Assembly: GCA_002633005.1 (NCBI GenBank)
Contig: NMRA01000577.1
Coordinates: forward strand, 203,512-267,511
Length of the DNA stretch: 64,000 nt
Source: Phoronis australis
Taxonomy: Eukaryota; Animalia; Phoronida
Reading direction: 5' to 3'
The translations under genes were made by a program, and so were the position numbers. This document shows positions 1 through 14,855 of this stretch, in pieces. The notes under the pieces are model-generated. The model was not told the origin of the DNA, made no database searches, and was given only the letters and a program-made list of their open reading frames with translations. Numbering within the stretch: position 1 is the first letter of the stretch; each line of letters begins with the position of its first letter.

Positions 1-3000
1 CGATATCGTGAAGATTATTCTCTGTGTTTTAAGCAGCTATATTTGAAATGTATTTGACTGTTCTATTTCAGTGTCAAAACTACAACTCAGCATAAATAGA
101 AAATAATTCCTAGACTGCAAATGTCGTGTCTTTATATTTTTCTATTTTTATAACAATTACGTCTATGCTTCGTGTTCGTGATAAGAGTACCTCTTGCCTT
201 TCCGCGACAATATTTTGACTACACGCGCGTCTATAGAATAGAAATATTGCAACGATTAAAACATTATCTAGAAGCACTTAGACTGTACTCTGAGGTAGTT
301 AGCAAGCAGCGAACTAGTTCTTCAGACTTTCATTTAAAATGCATTACAATGGGCTGGGCTGGTGTTGAAATGGTGCTAACCTTTGGCGTCAACGGAATGA
401 TAAACCGGTCACCTATTTTCTGGGTTAAAAACGTTGCACACAGGCTTGTGAAGCTCACTATAATTTGTAAACGGACTAACAGACACCTAACGCGTTTTCT
501 CGTGAACACACATGTACTTGGTGAAGATATTAGCGTTTAGGGGATCTCGATGTCATGCTTTCTTCGACCAGCTATCAAACTTACTAGTAAGTTTTGAAAA
601 GTTATTTTCAGCCATGAGTTTATAAATTGTGTTCTGTCATACCGTGAGAATCGCCGTAGTTGCAGTGATGAGATATATAACTTAGCAACACACACTTTCT
701 CAAGCAATTTGACTTTGTTGAACGGTCCAAAACGGCAAAATTATAATACACCAGTTCCTTGTGTTGGTTATTAACTATATAAAGCATTCAACCGATTATC
801 AAATATCCTAGACAGTTGACTTTATAAAAGGCCAACTAACATGAGCCAAAGAAAATAAAACTGACGTATCAAACAACGCTCATAGAGGCTAAAGTGGTAC
901 ATGACTGCACCTTCTACTAGCATATATGGCAAATCTCTCTTACCGGACACCTCTCTGTATGAAGTCAATCAGCTGTTGGAAACACATAAACACAGCCACA
1001 CCAGAAACCTTGAGAAGAAGAGATCCCATCAACTTCGACATTCAGTCAAAATACAAGACCAGTTGTTCAAACATAGTGAATTTTCTGGTCTGCTTGACAC
1101 GTTATATAGCCCAGGTCCGTGCGCGTGAGCGCCTACATCCGCTAACACAATCTCCTCCCAGACGACTTCGCGACTCGCGGTAAAATCACTTCCGCTTTAG
1201 AACGAGACTCCAAGCTGAAGAGAGCGAGTCTTTTTACGATATGTGACCTATTGAAAAACCTACCTTGCAACTCAGCGTCGGTTTTCCATGTGCGAGGGTA
1301 CTTTTCCTCAAAGCACGCTTGATGATAGCACGAGGCTGTTTTTACCAATTCGTTCAGTGAGATGTTCTTCAATCGCGGTCCAGCAACGTTAGATGCTTTG
1401 AGGCGTCTCGTTAGAGTCGTGGCTCTTAAATTTTGTTCTAAGGTATCTTAATGGGACATATATTGTCCATGTCTGAACTCGCATTTTCAGAAGCGCTGTT
1501 TAAACTATCAAGTCACTCATCTCTGGACTTTATCAACCAATAGAAATTAATGTATTTCGTCTATTGTCCACCGGTAGCTCTGTGTGAAATTTTGGGTAAA
1601 ACCACTCCGGCTATCATGAATGGCCAAGTACTGGATGTTTTACGAATTCAATTGGTCTTTTGCTTGTTTTTGTGAGCACGGTCAATGAAAAAGGTTTTGT
1701 GCACGTGTTTATTTTATCTCTGAGTGCAAGCTCGACCGGTCCTTGCTCACTGTCTAAAGCCGCCAAGGCATGAAATGTCACTTAGTGTTTAGATAATTAT
1801 TCAAATGATTTAGCGGGATTTTGGTGTGACTTCATCGGTCAATTCACGACAAAAACATGGTCGACGTTAAAGTATTACAACTCAGTGCGGTAGAAACATT
1901 TAAATTTTACTTATTTTTGTCAGATAAACGAGGTTCTTGTGTCCAATACAACTTCCTAGTTCTCGGGCACATGTGCCTTGTCATTTGTCAGAAGTGAAAT
2001 TGATTGCAATAATTCAACTAGACAAATCCAACGTGTTAGTATCTCGAAGTTTTCAATCTGAGCTGAAATTTGTTGAGCCTGCTCCCAAGCAATAACGAAT
2101 TGTCAGTGCATCCTGAGCGGATAGATCACTACACGATGAGACTAGTTTTATAATGGCTGCTAGCCTAAAAATGGATTTTAGACTGAAAGCATGAGAGTAC
2201 GCCGCTTGTATCAATATTAAACAATAAATGGTTCCAGTGTATGTAACAAGGTAGGGTTGGTGGCAACAAATAATATTTTGTTTACCGTTTTGAATTTCTT
2301 GAAATAAAAGTAAAATTGAACGAGTAGTCAGGATAACATTCTAAACCATTTTCATGTCTCTAAATAATTCTCAATAGAACTGAATGATTGACATATTTTA
2401 CACAGAATTTGCATGAGTGATCGTGCGTAACCGCATTTAATAAACATAAATTATTCAAATAAGTGTTAGTGAATCAAATCAAAGTGGATATTCGTGTCTG
2501 CCTAAAACACAAGTTCAGCCAACTATCTCTCACCTATCAGCGAAGCCAAAAACATTGCAGTGATCCATATTTTACCCAAAACTATTTTTGCAAATAATTG
2601 AAGGAAGTATTCAAGCATGTGAGGTTTCACAAAAGTTCATATTTACGTTAGGCTTGTTAAACGATTTAAAACAATGCAATCGGTAGATTGAAATTGTAAC
2701 AGTTATGTGACTATGGTTTTCAAAATGGTCTCTTAACCTCGGAAAGGATAGACACTGTTTACTTGTCCCATTCGAAAGACAATGGCACACGACTAAAGCG
2801 GACATAAATCCGTGTTCCGTCAAAACAAATAACTTTTGATTTAGACCAGTTGTGATTTGTTCCTGATTCAGATGAGAAGTAGTATCTAGGCGTGAGATCG
2901 TGGTCGGCCCAAGACTACCCTCCGTAACCGGCCAAGTTGTTGAGTCTAGTATCGAGTAATAAACTACCAGTTCTTTCCACGAGCCCAGAAATCACATCTA

Positions 3001-6000
3001 TTTTGATGAGACCACAACAGCATCTTTTTAAAATTGAAAGTTGTTGTTTTTGTGACACAAGGAGGGTTTCAGAACAGCTTTACTGAAGGGTCGAATCTCA
3101 CTTCCCGGTTTTCGCCGAGGTTTCCTTTTGTGTGTATATGCCGTTATAAAGAGTTTTTTGAATTATGAAAAACCTAATGAAATAATTTTACCAATAATCT
3201 GGGTCAGTAAGGCGTGGATGGTCTCCGGAGTGGAGTCGATGTGGACATTCATGACTGACCCTGGGGTTATTACGAAACGTAAGAATGATGTAAAAACAAT
3301 AAACAAGAGTATTGTGTCTGCGGCAGAATTTAGCAACATGCTAAATAGGAGTTTCAGGACCCCAATCACACACACCAACTAATTTCAATACCACACGGCA
3401 AATACGGCGGCCACCTGTGGTTACTTTACTCCCCAACTGGCGTTACGTCCTGCCTATCATAACCATATTATGAATGACGGACCACGGCCAACACTCACGC
3501 ATAAATAATGAGTGGACAATACTAGTGATGTTAGGATGCAAAGGAGAGTAGTTTTTCAATGGGACAGTTTAACCGGTACAAAATAAAGAAGTGCCGTAAC
3601 GCCAACCACTGTACGTAAAACTCGTTAAAACGTTATAAGCTTGATGGACTAGACATTTGGTGCTATTTTCTCGCACCTGCAATATTTAGAAAAATAAACA
3701 CGGGGCCACATTCCTGGTCATTGGAACGATTCCTATACACTTTGAACGGCATGGTAGTTATTCACGTTCTACCATTGTTACAAAGTTAGGCATTCACTAT
3801 TCAAAGCCGGTCTGTAACACTACCATTAAGAATACTTAGGCGAAATTTTGGAAGACACTAAAGGGTATAGATTTCATTGCAATAATAATGTTAATTGTTC
3901 GTTTGTTATCATTGCCACCTTATCAAATAAACGGTCTTTTCATTTCTATCATTTCAAGTACAAGCATACCTCCTTTAGAAAAAATATACACAGTTCAACA
4001 ACTCCCCGATAACTTCCCTTATGAAAATATCGTTAGCGTTCACTCAAGACGACATTCAAATTAATTTTAGTTCGTCTCCCCAGAGGCGTTTGTGTTATGA
4101 ACTCGAAATGTGAATTTTTGGAATCTTAGATAGAAGATGTTAATTTGTTGGCATTATGACGGCATATTATAACGTTCAAATATGCTTCACGGCGTGAACA
4201 GGTGCACGTTGATCGGGTGTGTGTGGTCCAGTGACAGAGCCCCCAGCTAAAAAAGCAGTCCCAAATAGCATCTTAATTGTCACCGTACCAAGTCAATAAG
4301 TGGTCAGTAAAGCAAGAATTAATGGGTAGTTTTAATTGGTTTGCCATTTGTTACACAGGAGCATGACGTCATGTCATGGTGACAACAACAACAGCAACAA
4401 AATCAACAACAACACAACAATAACTCTTCACACAACTACAGGTATGACACAATTATTTTATTTAGTATTAACAACAAGTTTGGGATAATAATTATGACGG
4501 TGATAGATAGGCTGGGTTGTATTGATGCTTGCTTTCTGCCTGTGTGTATGTCGATCATGAGCGAACTGTCGCTTAATTCATCCCTTCCACTCACTCTCAT
4601 ATTTTGAACATTACTTTTTAATTTTAGTGCCTTTTGTTGCTTAGCTTCTGCAAGTATATTAGGCTTATGGTTAAATTGCTATTTCATTTAACTTCTACAT
4701 AATAACAAATGATCTTTATCGTTTTTATTGAGAATTGAGAACGTACCTTCGTGGGCCTGTGGCGAGGTTATCTAGGAAGTTAATAGAGCTTAATGAACCA
4801 AAAGGCTCTGAGCACTGCACTTTGAAAAAGTTACCAAATCAAAACCTCGAAACTTTTATAAATGGAGCGAAACATAAACGCACGGTCACAAATTTACTCC
4901 ACGATATTAAATATTCAGTTACATATCAACATACAATTCTACATTTTTATCCTTCTCAAAAATAGCCTATAAAGCTTACATGTCTTGCATTCTTTGTGAG
5001 TGAGCTCAGTAGATGGATTCGAAGTGAGACGAAATGCAAAATGCAGCTATGTCAACAGACTTCGTTATTTATGTTCTCGCCAGTTGTTACCGCTGTTTGC
5101 ACCATGCCTTCAACTGACTTTTTCTTGTCGCACGCATGCTTACAATTTTAATAATGTTTGTTTCTCATAGCTCAGGGTAACCCGTGATCGGTGTTTTGGT
5201 TTCCTAAATATCTGTTGTTTTTTCTCTTCTTTGCACATTGCCTGCATTTATGGGAAGTCCGCTGTAATTACACCATTTAGTGAGAATTCAGCATTAATTT
5301 GAACTCCCGCGGTTTCATAGCTTTGCAGGAGGTCCGCTAACTTAAACAGCATACATTGAATAACGTGTAAAGAATATTCGCGATTGTCGCGAAACTGGGT
5401 TGTTGGTTTCAAAAATTCCGTTCCATTTCCTGTTATCATCAAATCAGTCACAAAGCTGTTGATAATCACACGAAAAATATTTGTTCTGCAACTTCTGAAA
5501 TAAAAGCTACCTTTACTGTAGGTGTTCAAGCAATTGTCGCTGATATATTATTATTACGGACCTGCGTAAAACCGAAAAATAGTACTCAGTCGTAGTACGG
5601 CCCTATTAAATTTAGTCGTTTGGAGCCTTGAAATTAAAAGAGCATTAAATTCAATTGTATCTTTCAACAATTTCTTTACCTAATCTAACAAACTTTTCCA
5701 CGCCTTAATTATGACGATATCATCGTCTAAGTAAAATAAAAAATACCATGTCATCTCATCTCTCACAAAACCTCAGGCACGGACCTATCTACTGTTTAGG
5801 TTTAGTACACGAAATGTTTACTTCATAATCTCTACCTTAATAATAAACTTTGTTTGCCCCACTGTCCATGCGTCCTTACTCATTTTAACTTCACACCGAG
5901 GTACACGAAAGCACGACTGTGGAAGATATATAACTGTCATGCACGTTTTCAGGTATTCAGCCCCATCCGCAGGTTTCAAAACACGTGCTATAGATAGTGG

Positions 6001-6826
6001 GCAACTAGCCGCAATTCATCCGGTGAAGTCGTTTGGCCAATGGTTAAGTGGTCAGCTAAATTAATGTTAGACCAACTGGTCAAAATGGGTGGTCTTCTTA
6101 ACAATGCCCCCATATTCTCCTCGACGGAACCCCCCAACGTTTTGAGGTTATGAATTATGACCATGGTAGCATTCACAAAAAACAAGAAACATGTTGAAAG
6201 AATTTTTAATATTTAATTTTAACATGCGGTCGTGTTTGAGTAACTCGATCATTTTCGACTTAAGGTGTGAATTCAGTGCAAGTTCTCGCGTAAGAAATAA
6301 TGACAAGTTATATTACAGGAAACGTTCATTGCGCCCAAATAAGAACATTTTGCGTGGACACGCCACTGCTAATTTACGAAGTAAGTGTGGAGATCTCATT
6401 AAGATACATTACGACCATTACTCAGTTCAGGGAAAGGTCTAGTAATGCGTGCCTCTGAGGTTGCAGGATGATGCAGTCTACTAGAAAATGACAACTAGTG
6501 ATGATCGTTTCCTTCATCTCACTTATAAGCAAATAGTTTAGTCACACCCTCGCGAAATTTTCTCTTGCTTGATTGCTTACTTCTCTGTTTGGTTCGTTTT
6601 CAAACCTAAGAAAGTGCTGTACTTTGATATGTGCTAACAATTGATAATTAAAAGTACCGCATCGATTTTCAAAACAGCTGCACATCAGAATTAAATAATA
6701 ATTGTCCTACAAAGGAAGTTATTCGTACACGAGGAGTCAGCGCGACTAGTGGGACAAATGTACGCTTCTATTAGATAACTGAAGGTCGAGTCCCTTTTGG
6801 GCACATTGATAGACCCTTGAGTCAGG

Positions 6827-9800
6827 CCCTAGCTCCTAAGCCCGGTTTTAACTATACATTAATAAAGCGTAAACATGGTTCCAGGTGATCAGTGCAGTGG
6901 GCCCACCTGAGCCCACCGTCTGGTAAAACGTGTACCAAACTGCTTGCAATTCTTATTTTTAAGCTATTGATGTCAGGTTTCTGGTTTAGACTCGTTGTTA
7001 CCGCGACTACCAGAGTAGTTTCTGGAAAGTTGTCAATTTAAAATCAACTCGAGTAGTTTGAATATGGCACAGATTTAAAACAATTGTAGAAACAAGGGTG
7101 TAGATGTAATGTCAGCTTCAAATAATTGCGTGGGCGACGCTACCCACGCGACGGAAAGGCAGGCAATGGGCCAACACAGTCACCAGCAAAACATAGCAAC
7201 ATCTGATGACCCCCTGAAGCTTGATTTCAAGGCAAAATATTTTATACGTATGCAGATGAGACAATGCCCAAGTGAATAGATCAACCCAAACAGACCAGAA
7301 TAGGTAAGCTAAAATGAAAGGGGTGCAATCTTGAGCACATTGAACATATGAGGACAACCTCGCTCCGGCCTGGCTTCTTATTCTGACTCTTCTGAAAGGT
7401 TTAATTTGAAAAACATCAACTCTAGAGAGTCATTGGACTTCTTTTTAACGAAACTAAGCTTATCTTTTGGTTTTTATTGTTACTTGTTTTGGAAATTTAA
7501 AATACTATTTTAAAAACAATAAAAATTGGATTTGAAAGTATAACACTCTACACTAGTTATCTTTGTAAAGTTCACTTACCGGTAAGACAATCTTTAAATA
7601 GTGGTAAAAATGAACTCGGCATTTAGTTAGAAAAACTATTTATTTACCAGTAATCTTTGCTATGTTATTTTCTACTGTTGTTATTCAATTATGATCTGAT
7701 GGCATGGTCCACAGTTCTGTGGTGTGACTTTATTACGCTCAGCAAAACTTGATGCGCGCGCATCCAAGAACATAGATTTGTAGGATCAGATACCTGGCGT
7801 CCAATCCATTATTCAGAAAATGTCCAAGATGCGATTGTCTGATCGGTAAAATAGCTGTGGATTGTGAATAGATGCTACATAGCATCTGAGATAATTTGAA
7901 CTTCTGACTGTTTGAAATACGTATGGGCGGCGCACCACAGGGGGTTGGGGCTATAGCTCCCCACTTATTTCAGTGTTGAGCCGCCCATGGCCATGGCAGC
8001 GTGCACCATGATTTCTGCAGAAGCGTTGTCTACTTCTAGTGGCGAAACTGACGTGGAAGTACATTGTTGTCATATTTTACATATTAATTATTGAATTCAA
8101 AAGTACTACATGACGAAAAGAATACGCCAAAGTGGAAAATTCATTTTAGCAGACTTCTTCATTTTAGTATGCTGGTAGCAATCATGAGTCCTCACAAAGT
8201 TATAGCGAATATCTGATCAAGCTTCATTGGGTAATATTTGAGATATGACGGATGGGCGAACTCGGCTCGGTCCCTCAATGCTTTTTTGGCCTAATCCTGT
8301 TGTCTGCAATGCAATTTACCCGTTTCGTTGTTTTATGAATCACTGAGGTTGTCTGACTGGAACGCACGCCACATACAATTCTTCAATATTTTTCAGTAAA
8401 AATGTAACCTTGCTTGTCGTTCAGTTACGTTTGTATTGGTTTTAATTAAAACGCAAATAATCCTCGATAGAAAACATAAGTGGCACACGTTTGGAGAACC
8501 AAAGACGTTTTCTAACTTTTCGTTAGACTCCATGATGCCTTTTACTTAACATTCTAAACTTGTATGTGCGCGTTCNNNNNNNNNNNNNNNNNNNNNNNNN
8601 NNNNNNNNNNNNNNNNNNNNNNNNNNNNNNNNNNNNNNNNNNNNNNNNNNNNNNNNNNNNNNNNNNNNNNNNNNNNNNNNNNNNNNNNNNNNNNNNNNNN
8701 NNNNNNNNNNNNNNNNNNNNNNNNNNNNNNNNNNNNNNNNNNNNNNNNNNNNNNNNNNNNNNNNNNNNNNNNNNNNNNNNNNNNNNNNNNNNNNNNNNNN
8801 NNNNNNNNNNNNNNNNNNNNNNNNNNNNNNNNNNNNNNNNNNNNNNNNNNNNNNNNNNNNNNNNNNNNNNNNNNNNNNNNNNNNNNNNNNNNNNNNNNNN
8901 NNNNNNNNNNNNNNNNNNNNNNNNNNNNNNNNNNNNNNNNNNNNNNNNNNNNNNNNNNNNNNNNNNNNNNNNNNNNNNNNNNNNNNNNNNNNNNNNNNNN
9001 NNNNNNNNNNNNNNNNNNNNNNNNNNNNNNNNNNNNNNNNNNNNNNNNNNNNNNNNNNNNNNNNNNNNNNNNNNNNNNNNNNNNNNNNNNNNNNNNNNNN
9101 NNNNNNNNNNNNNNNNNNNNNNNNNNNNNNNNNNNNNNNNNNNNNNNNNNNNNNNNNNNNNNNNNNNNNNNNNNNNNNNNNNNNNNNNNCCCTAGCTCCT
9201 AAGCCCGGTTTTAACTATACATTAATAAAGCGTAAACATGGTTCCAGGTGATCAGTGCAGTGGGCCCACCTGAGCCCACCGTCTGGTAAAACGTGTACCA
9301 AACTGCTTGCAATTCTTATTTTTAAGCTATTGATGTCAAGTTTCTGGTTTAGAATCGTTGTTACCGCGACTACCAGAGTAGTTTCTGGAAAGTTGTCAAT
9401 TTAAAATCAACTCGAGTAGTTTGAATATGGCACAGATTTAAAACAATTGTAGAAACAAGGGTGTAGATGTAATGTCAGCTTCAAATAATTGCGTGGGCGA
9501 CGCTGCCCACGCGGCGGAAAGGCAGGCAGTGGGCCAACACAGTCGCCAGCAAAACATAGCAACATCTGATGACCCTCTGAAGCTTGATTTCAAGGCAAAA
9601 TATTTTATACATATGCAGATGATACAACGCCCAAGTGAATAGATCAGCCCAAACAAAATCAGAATAGGTACGCTAAAATGAAAGGGGTGCAATCTTGGAC
9701 ACGTTGAACATAAGAGGACAACCTCGCTCCGGCCTGGCTTCTTATTCTGACTCTTCGGAAAGGTTTAATTTGAAAAACATCAACTCTAGAGAGTCATTGG

Positions 9801-10944
9801 ACTTCTTTTTAACGAGACTAAGCTTATCTTTTGGCTTTTGATTGTTACTTGTTTTGGAAATTTAAAATACTATTTCCAAAACAATAAAAATTGGATTTGA
9901 ACGTATAACACTCTACACTAGTTATCTTGGTAAAGTTCACTTAACGGTAAGACAATCTTTAAATAGTAGTAAAAATGAACTCGGCATTTAGTTAGGAAAA
10001 CTATTTATTTACCAGTAATCTTTGCTATGTTATTTTCTACTGTTGTTATACAACTATGATCTGATGGCATGGTCTACAGTTCTGTGGTGTGACTTTATTA
10101 CGGTCAGCAAAACTTGATGCGCGCGCATCCAAGAGCATAGATTCGTAGGATCAGGTACTTGTCCAATCCATTGTTCAGAAAATATCCAGGGTGCGATTGT
10201 CTGATCGGTAAAATAGCTGTGGATTGTGAATAGATGCTACATAGCATCTGAGATAATCTGAACTTCTGGCTGTTTGAAATACGTGTGGGCGGCGCACCAT
10301 AGGGGGTTGGGGGGGAGGGCTATAACCTCCCACTTATTTCACTGCTGCGCCACCCATAAAACATGTATTAGTTACCATGATTTCTGCAGAAGCGTTGTCT
10401 ACTTCTATTGGCGAAACTGACGTGGAAGTACATTGTTGTCATATTTTACATATAAATTATTGAATTCAAAAGTACTACATGACGAAAAGAATACGCCAAA
10501 GTGGAAAATTCATTTTAGCAGACTTCTTCATTTTAGTATGCTGGTAGCAATCATGAGTCCTCACAAAGTTATAGCGAATATCTGGTCAAGCTTCATTGGG
10601 TAATATTTGAGATATGACGGATGGGCGAACTCGGCTCGGTCCCTCAATGCTTTTTTGGCCTAATCCTGTTGTCTGCAATGCAATTTACCCGTTTCGTTGT
10701 TTTATGAATCACTGAGGTTGTCTGACTGGAACGCACGCCACATACAATTCTTCAATATTTTTCAGTAAAAATGTAACCTTGCTTGTCGTTCAGTTACGTT
10801 TGTATTGGTTTTAATTAAAACGCAAATAATCCTCGATAGAAAACATAAGTGGCACACGTTTGGAGAACCAAAGACGTTTTCTAACTTTTCGTTAGACTCC
10901 ATGATGCCTTTTACTTAACATTCTAAACTTGTATGTGCGCGTTC
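6827..10944. repeat. ~1.75-kb direct duplication flanking the N gap (6827-8575 vs 9190-10944); probable uncollapsed haplotypes
   Basis: Both copies start ccctagctcctaag and end tgtgcgcgttc; scattered SNPs/indels; copy ends abut the gap exactly. Confidence 0.9.
8576..9189. other. Assembly gap (N run)
   Basis: Run of n; the poly-X ORFs are artefacts. Confidence 0.99.
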
Positions 10945-13900
10945 CCTTACAGTCATTCAAAAGACCCAGTGGCTACAGTTTTGACTGGGGTGCAGCCCAA
11001 TCGACAATGAACCAATCTTTACTTTTTCACTCCTGAAATGTAGCCTTCTAGATTTTTTTCTGACTCACGACGGTCCAACTTGCTCAAAATATTATTGCAG
11101 TCATTGTTGCTAAACCGGCTTCAGATTGATTTTTTCACGAAATCGTGACCAGAACTTGCTTTCATCTAGGAATCCCATTTCATATTGTTCACAAAGCTGA
11201 TACAGTTGCTAAGCGACATAAGCACGTGATCCTCAACAACAAGCTAACTCTAGCTGAGAGTCACAAAGACTAAGGCCGGCTCTGAATTTTTCCTGATCTG
11301 ACTTCTTGTAAACGTCGTACACCTACAGCAACAAAACATGAATGTAGTTGTTAAGTTTCCATCGCTGTATCAGCCATTGATAGTTCGCATTTCGCGCACA
11401 ATATGACTGTTCCCACTACCCGAAAACTCAAACTTAAAGGAAGGTGACGCGTGCATCACTTTCCGTCACAACTCAGTTCAATGTCATTTTACATTTGTGG
11501 CCATATGTCATCGGGAGTTCATAACCATTGGTGAACTGAAATTAGTTCTGGCCGAATACGTTCGAAACGTGATATCTCTGGGTGGTGCTATGAAGTTACA
11601 GAGAGCAAACACAAACTCATCTAACTACAAATCAAAAAATAAAAACAAGGCCCAATTTGGACACATGGGACACGTGCTTAGGAAATAAATTATGTATCAT
11701 ATCAGAAATTCATTTTGAAAAAAATATTGCAATTTGCTTGCGGAGACTGAAATAGGGTCTCAGGCTCGAGAGACATGTAGTGCTTAATTCTCGCAATATG
11801 TAACGGCCGCCAATGGCGCCCTCTGCGCGGGGCACTATACGAAAAATGAACTCTGTTTTTCTCGATAGATTTTTAGTTTGGACTTTAAGTGAAAGAAGAT
11901 ATTGTTTCACGTATACTGGTTGTAAATTTGTAAGAATTTAGAAAAATAAAAGAAGAAATGACACGTAAATTCACATATTGTATAATATAACAACTTTCCT
12001 CTAATTTTAGCGATGGCCATTCCCTGATTAACACATCGCTTTAAAACTCTTGCAAATATGTGTATGCTGTGAACACAATGTACTGTCTTAAAAATATCTC
12101 CTTCGAAAATTATTGTTATTACAGAAAAAGTCGTGTTTGATGCTGAATTTACCGAGACGTAATATTGTTGTACGTTATTCAAGACGTTGCTTACTCCGTA
12201 TGCGGTTTCAAACGGTTACAGAAATTTTATTCTTTCACATTCAATACAGAAAAAGTAAAAAGCTGGTTCTACGAAACGCATTTGAATTTCTTCCAAGTCT
12301 TTAAAGATAACTATGTACATGTAAGCACCGAGATAAATTAATTCCAACAGTTTAAACGGAATTGTTAACATGTCGACAATTACATGGAATTTATGTGGAA
12401 AACTACTCAGATAAAACCCAATAGATCTACCTTACTGATGCCAAAATAAAGAAAATTAAACAAAAAAACATAAGACAGAGTAAAAGGTCAGGGAATTTCC
12501 GTTCTATTTTGAACTGAGAGGCCCGGTATTAATTGGGCGGAGTCCTCTGGGTTTGCAGTTACAAATTCACGCATTCGGTAAGCACTTCTATTGAAATCGC
12601 CGGATTTGGCATGTGCATTGTACTGTAACGTGCCCAAATTGACTGTTGCACGATTTTTAAACATGAAGAGGCGTATCATACAAATACAGCAGAAAAACAG
12701 GCAAAAAGGTTTTGTTTTGTTTTATAAGTGAAATTTAAGTGCATTACATTGTAAGGGGGTGGAAACGATCCCAAAGTGATCCTCTGGAGTGGAATTTGGC
12801 CACCGGGTATGGAGTATTTTCGGCGTGTGTGTGGCGTTTAGGGCGCGGCTATGGTTGTCTACTTGAGACTGGAGTGCCAAGGATTGAAGCTAGAATTGTT
12901 TCCAACCCCGATTCTCTGGCGTAGCCATCTGGATGAGGACATCTCGTGAATAAACAAGACGAAAGGCAGAGCTTTTTGCTGGATTTTGTACAAATCTCTT
13001 CTCAATTAAACCCATCGACATTATCAAGCCTGCCCAGTTTTTGTTACATTTTTAGGTATAGCACGTGACTTCAGACTGAATACAATCAGGCATACAAATT
13101 GTAACTAGCTTCATGGACTGTTCTTGCAACTTTGCAGCAAAAAAAATGAAACGCAGGTGCTTTGTCCGGGATTGCCATTGGGGGAATTTATTTAACCATG
13201 TCGTTTAGGTAAACATGGGCTTAACAAGGTGCAGCCGATGCGATATGTCACTAACATTTTTGCGTGTGTTCCCTGCATTTATGCGCTGGTTTTCATTTGT
13301 TAGTCTGTTGCAGTAGCGCTACTCACGCATGCCGTCGCAAGTCGAACCATCTTGCAAGCCTGGGGGTCGTTTTCACACCTGCCCCGAGAAATCGGGGTAT
13401 TATGAGAGATTCTCACCTCTTTGAGAAGCTATAAAACTGTTGGTGCTAGTTTGGAGCTCTTCGGAGCTTCGGGATACTAGCGACGCTTGAAGTCGTAATT
13501 CGCTTACTGTCATTCCACGGCGGAACTGCCTGCCTCCCAGGCCAAGAACTGTCTATTATCTCGACACACAAGGAGTGGGTGTAGTTTCACGTGCGCTCCT
13601 GTTAAGTCTGCAAATTTTGTGTCCATTAAAAATTACCACTCGTAACCAAACAAAAAACAACGTGTACGTGAATTTTAGTTTTGGACTATTTTTTCAAGCG
13701 CGTGTTTATTGTTAACAAAATGTACTATAAAATTGCGAATATTTCGATGCTCTATTGAATAATCGTAATAGGCGAATTGAAATTACGGTGAGCACTTTCA
13801 CTTTTAAGTATTTCTTAATGAGCAGTTGGGCTTTTTGTAACAATGAATAAACTAAAATTAAATAAAATCAGACAAGCGGTAATTAATTTATGGTCCAACG

Positions 13901-14574
13901 AATAGAATGCCGGAAGAATCTCTTGAAAACTGGTTAGCAATTATCACTGATTCACCGTCCACGTGCGTGAACAAGTGTATTCAACTTGAAGAAACCATTC
14001 ACCTGAATTTATTAATATTTTTTTCAACATGAAATGTTCAAATTCGCAGCACTCACTCTCGCCGGTACTGCATAATGTATGTTGCAAACTCCTTAGTTTC
14101 AGTTACGAGGCGTGCACCAGTGCGAAAACTCGCAGTTGACTAATGTACTCTTTTGAAACACAGCTAAATATCGTTTTAGATAGGATAATCCTTGAGTAAG
14201 TTCTTTGCGGAGGCGGATATAAGAGGCGGAATGTTGCGAGGACCCCAGCCCCTCCCCGTATACAACCATGTGGTCGTTTTTAGAGTAATCGCGAACGTTT
14301 GTCTTTTAGAACTTGCGGTTAATCCCTTGTGATAACCTAGATCCGCCTGATGTTCAAGTGAATTCGTACGTCGACATTTTTCTGCCAGTCACACAAACAA
14401 CGCAGGTGAACTTAAGTTGCGGGGGCGAGGTGGCCGCCCCTCTATCTCTGGGCACGACCAAAAAACGTGTCGTTTCAATGGCACCACTACATTTGCGACA
14501 TCAAAGTCCAACCGATTAACAAAAGTTAACACAACCTTTCCCCAAATTTTACGCGGCGCGGATTAATAGAGAAC

Positions 14575-14855
14575 AAGGTCTATAACTTAAGACTTTTAAG
14601 TCTTAAGTTTCTTAAAAAAGAAATTTTGTCTCCCATTTCGCAATTCTTGAATTAAGGTTCAGCCAAGTAATTATGACCCCATAACAGTCTAGACATAATT
14701 TGTAGAAATTCTCCCACTAACTAGCAATTATGAGCATATCTCAGGGACTTTCCACCTTCACTTTATTAAGACTTGGTTAGTTGCCAGAAATAGTTGCTTG
14801 GAGCGCAAAACCAAATTTTTTACTTTAGTCTTAAAGTCACCGTAAAACCGACCCC
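14575..14855. repeat. Diverged interspersed repeat, related copy at ~19135-19410
   Basis: Shared cttaag-rich ends and interior motifs gaaatt(t/tc)gtctc, cagtctaga..aattt.tagaaattctc, accaaattt. Confidence 0.5.

Noticed and set aside
880-1440. Moderately GC-rich stretch with several overlapping 75-85 aa ORFs and a possible minus-strand acceptor near 1440
   Set aside because: No recognisable motif and no partner exons; cannot support a gene.
2851-2996. TGTGATTT...AAATCACA segment containing AATAAA, like a short solo LTR
   Set aside because: No target-site duplication and no second copy in the window.
8560-9202. 211/212-aa ORFs
   Set aside because: Translation of the N gap.
12480-13600. CpG-richer region with a GC box and ATGTCGTTTAG|GTAAAC
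   Set aside because: Could be a promoter or first exon, but no downstream coding exons were found.
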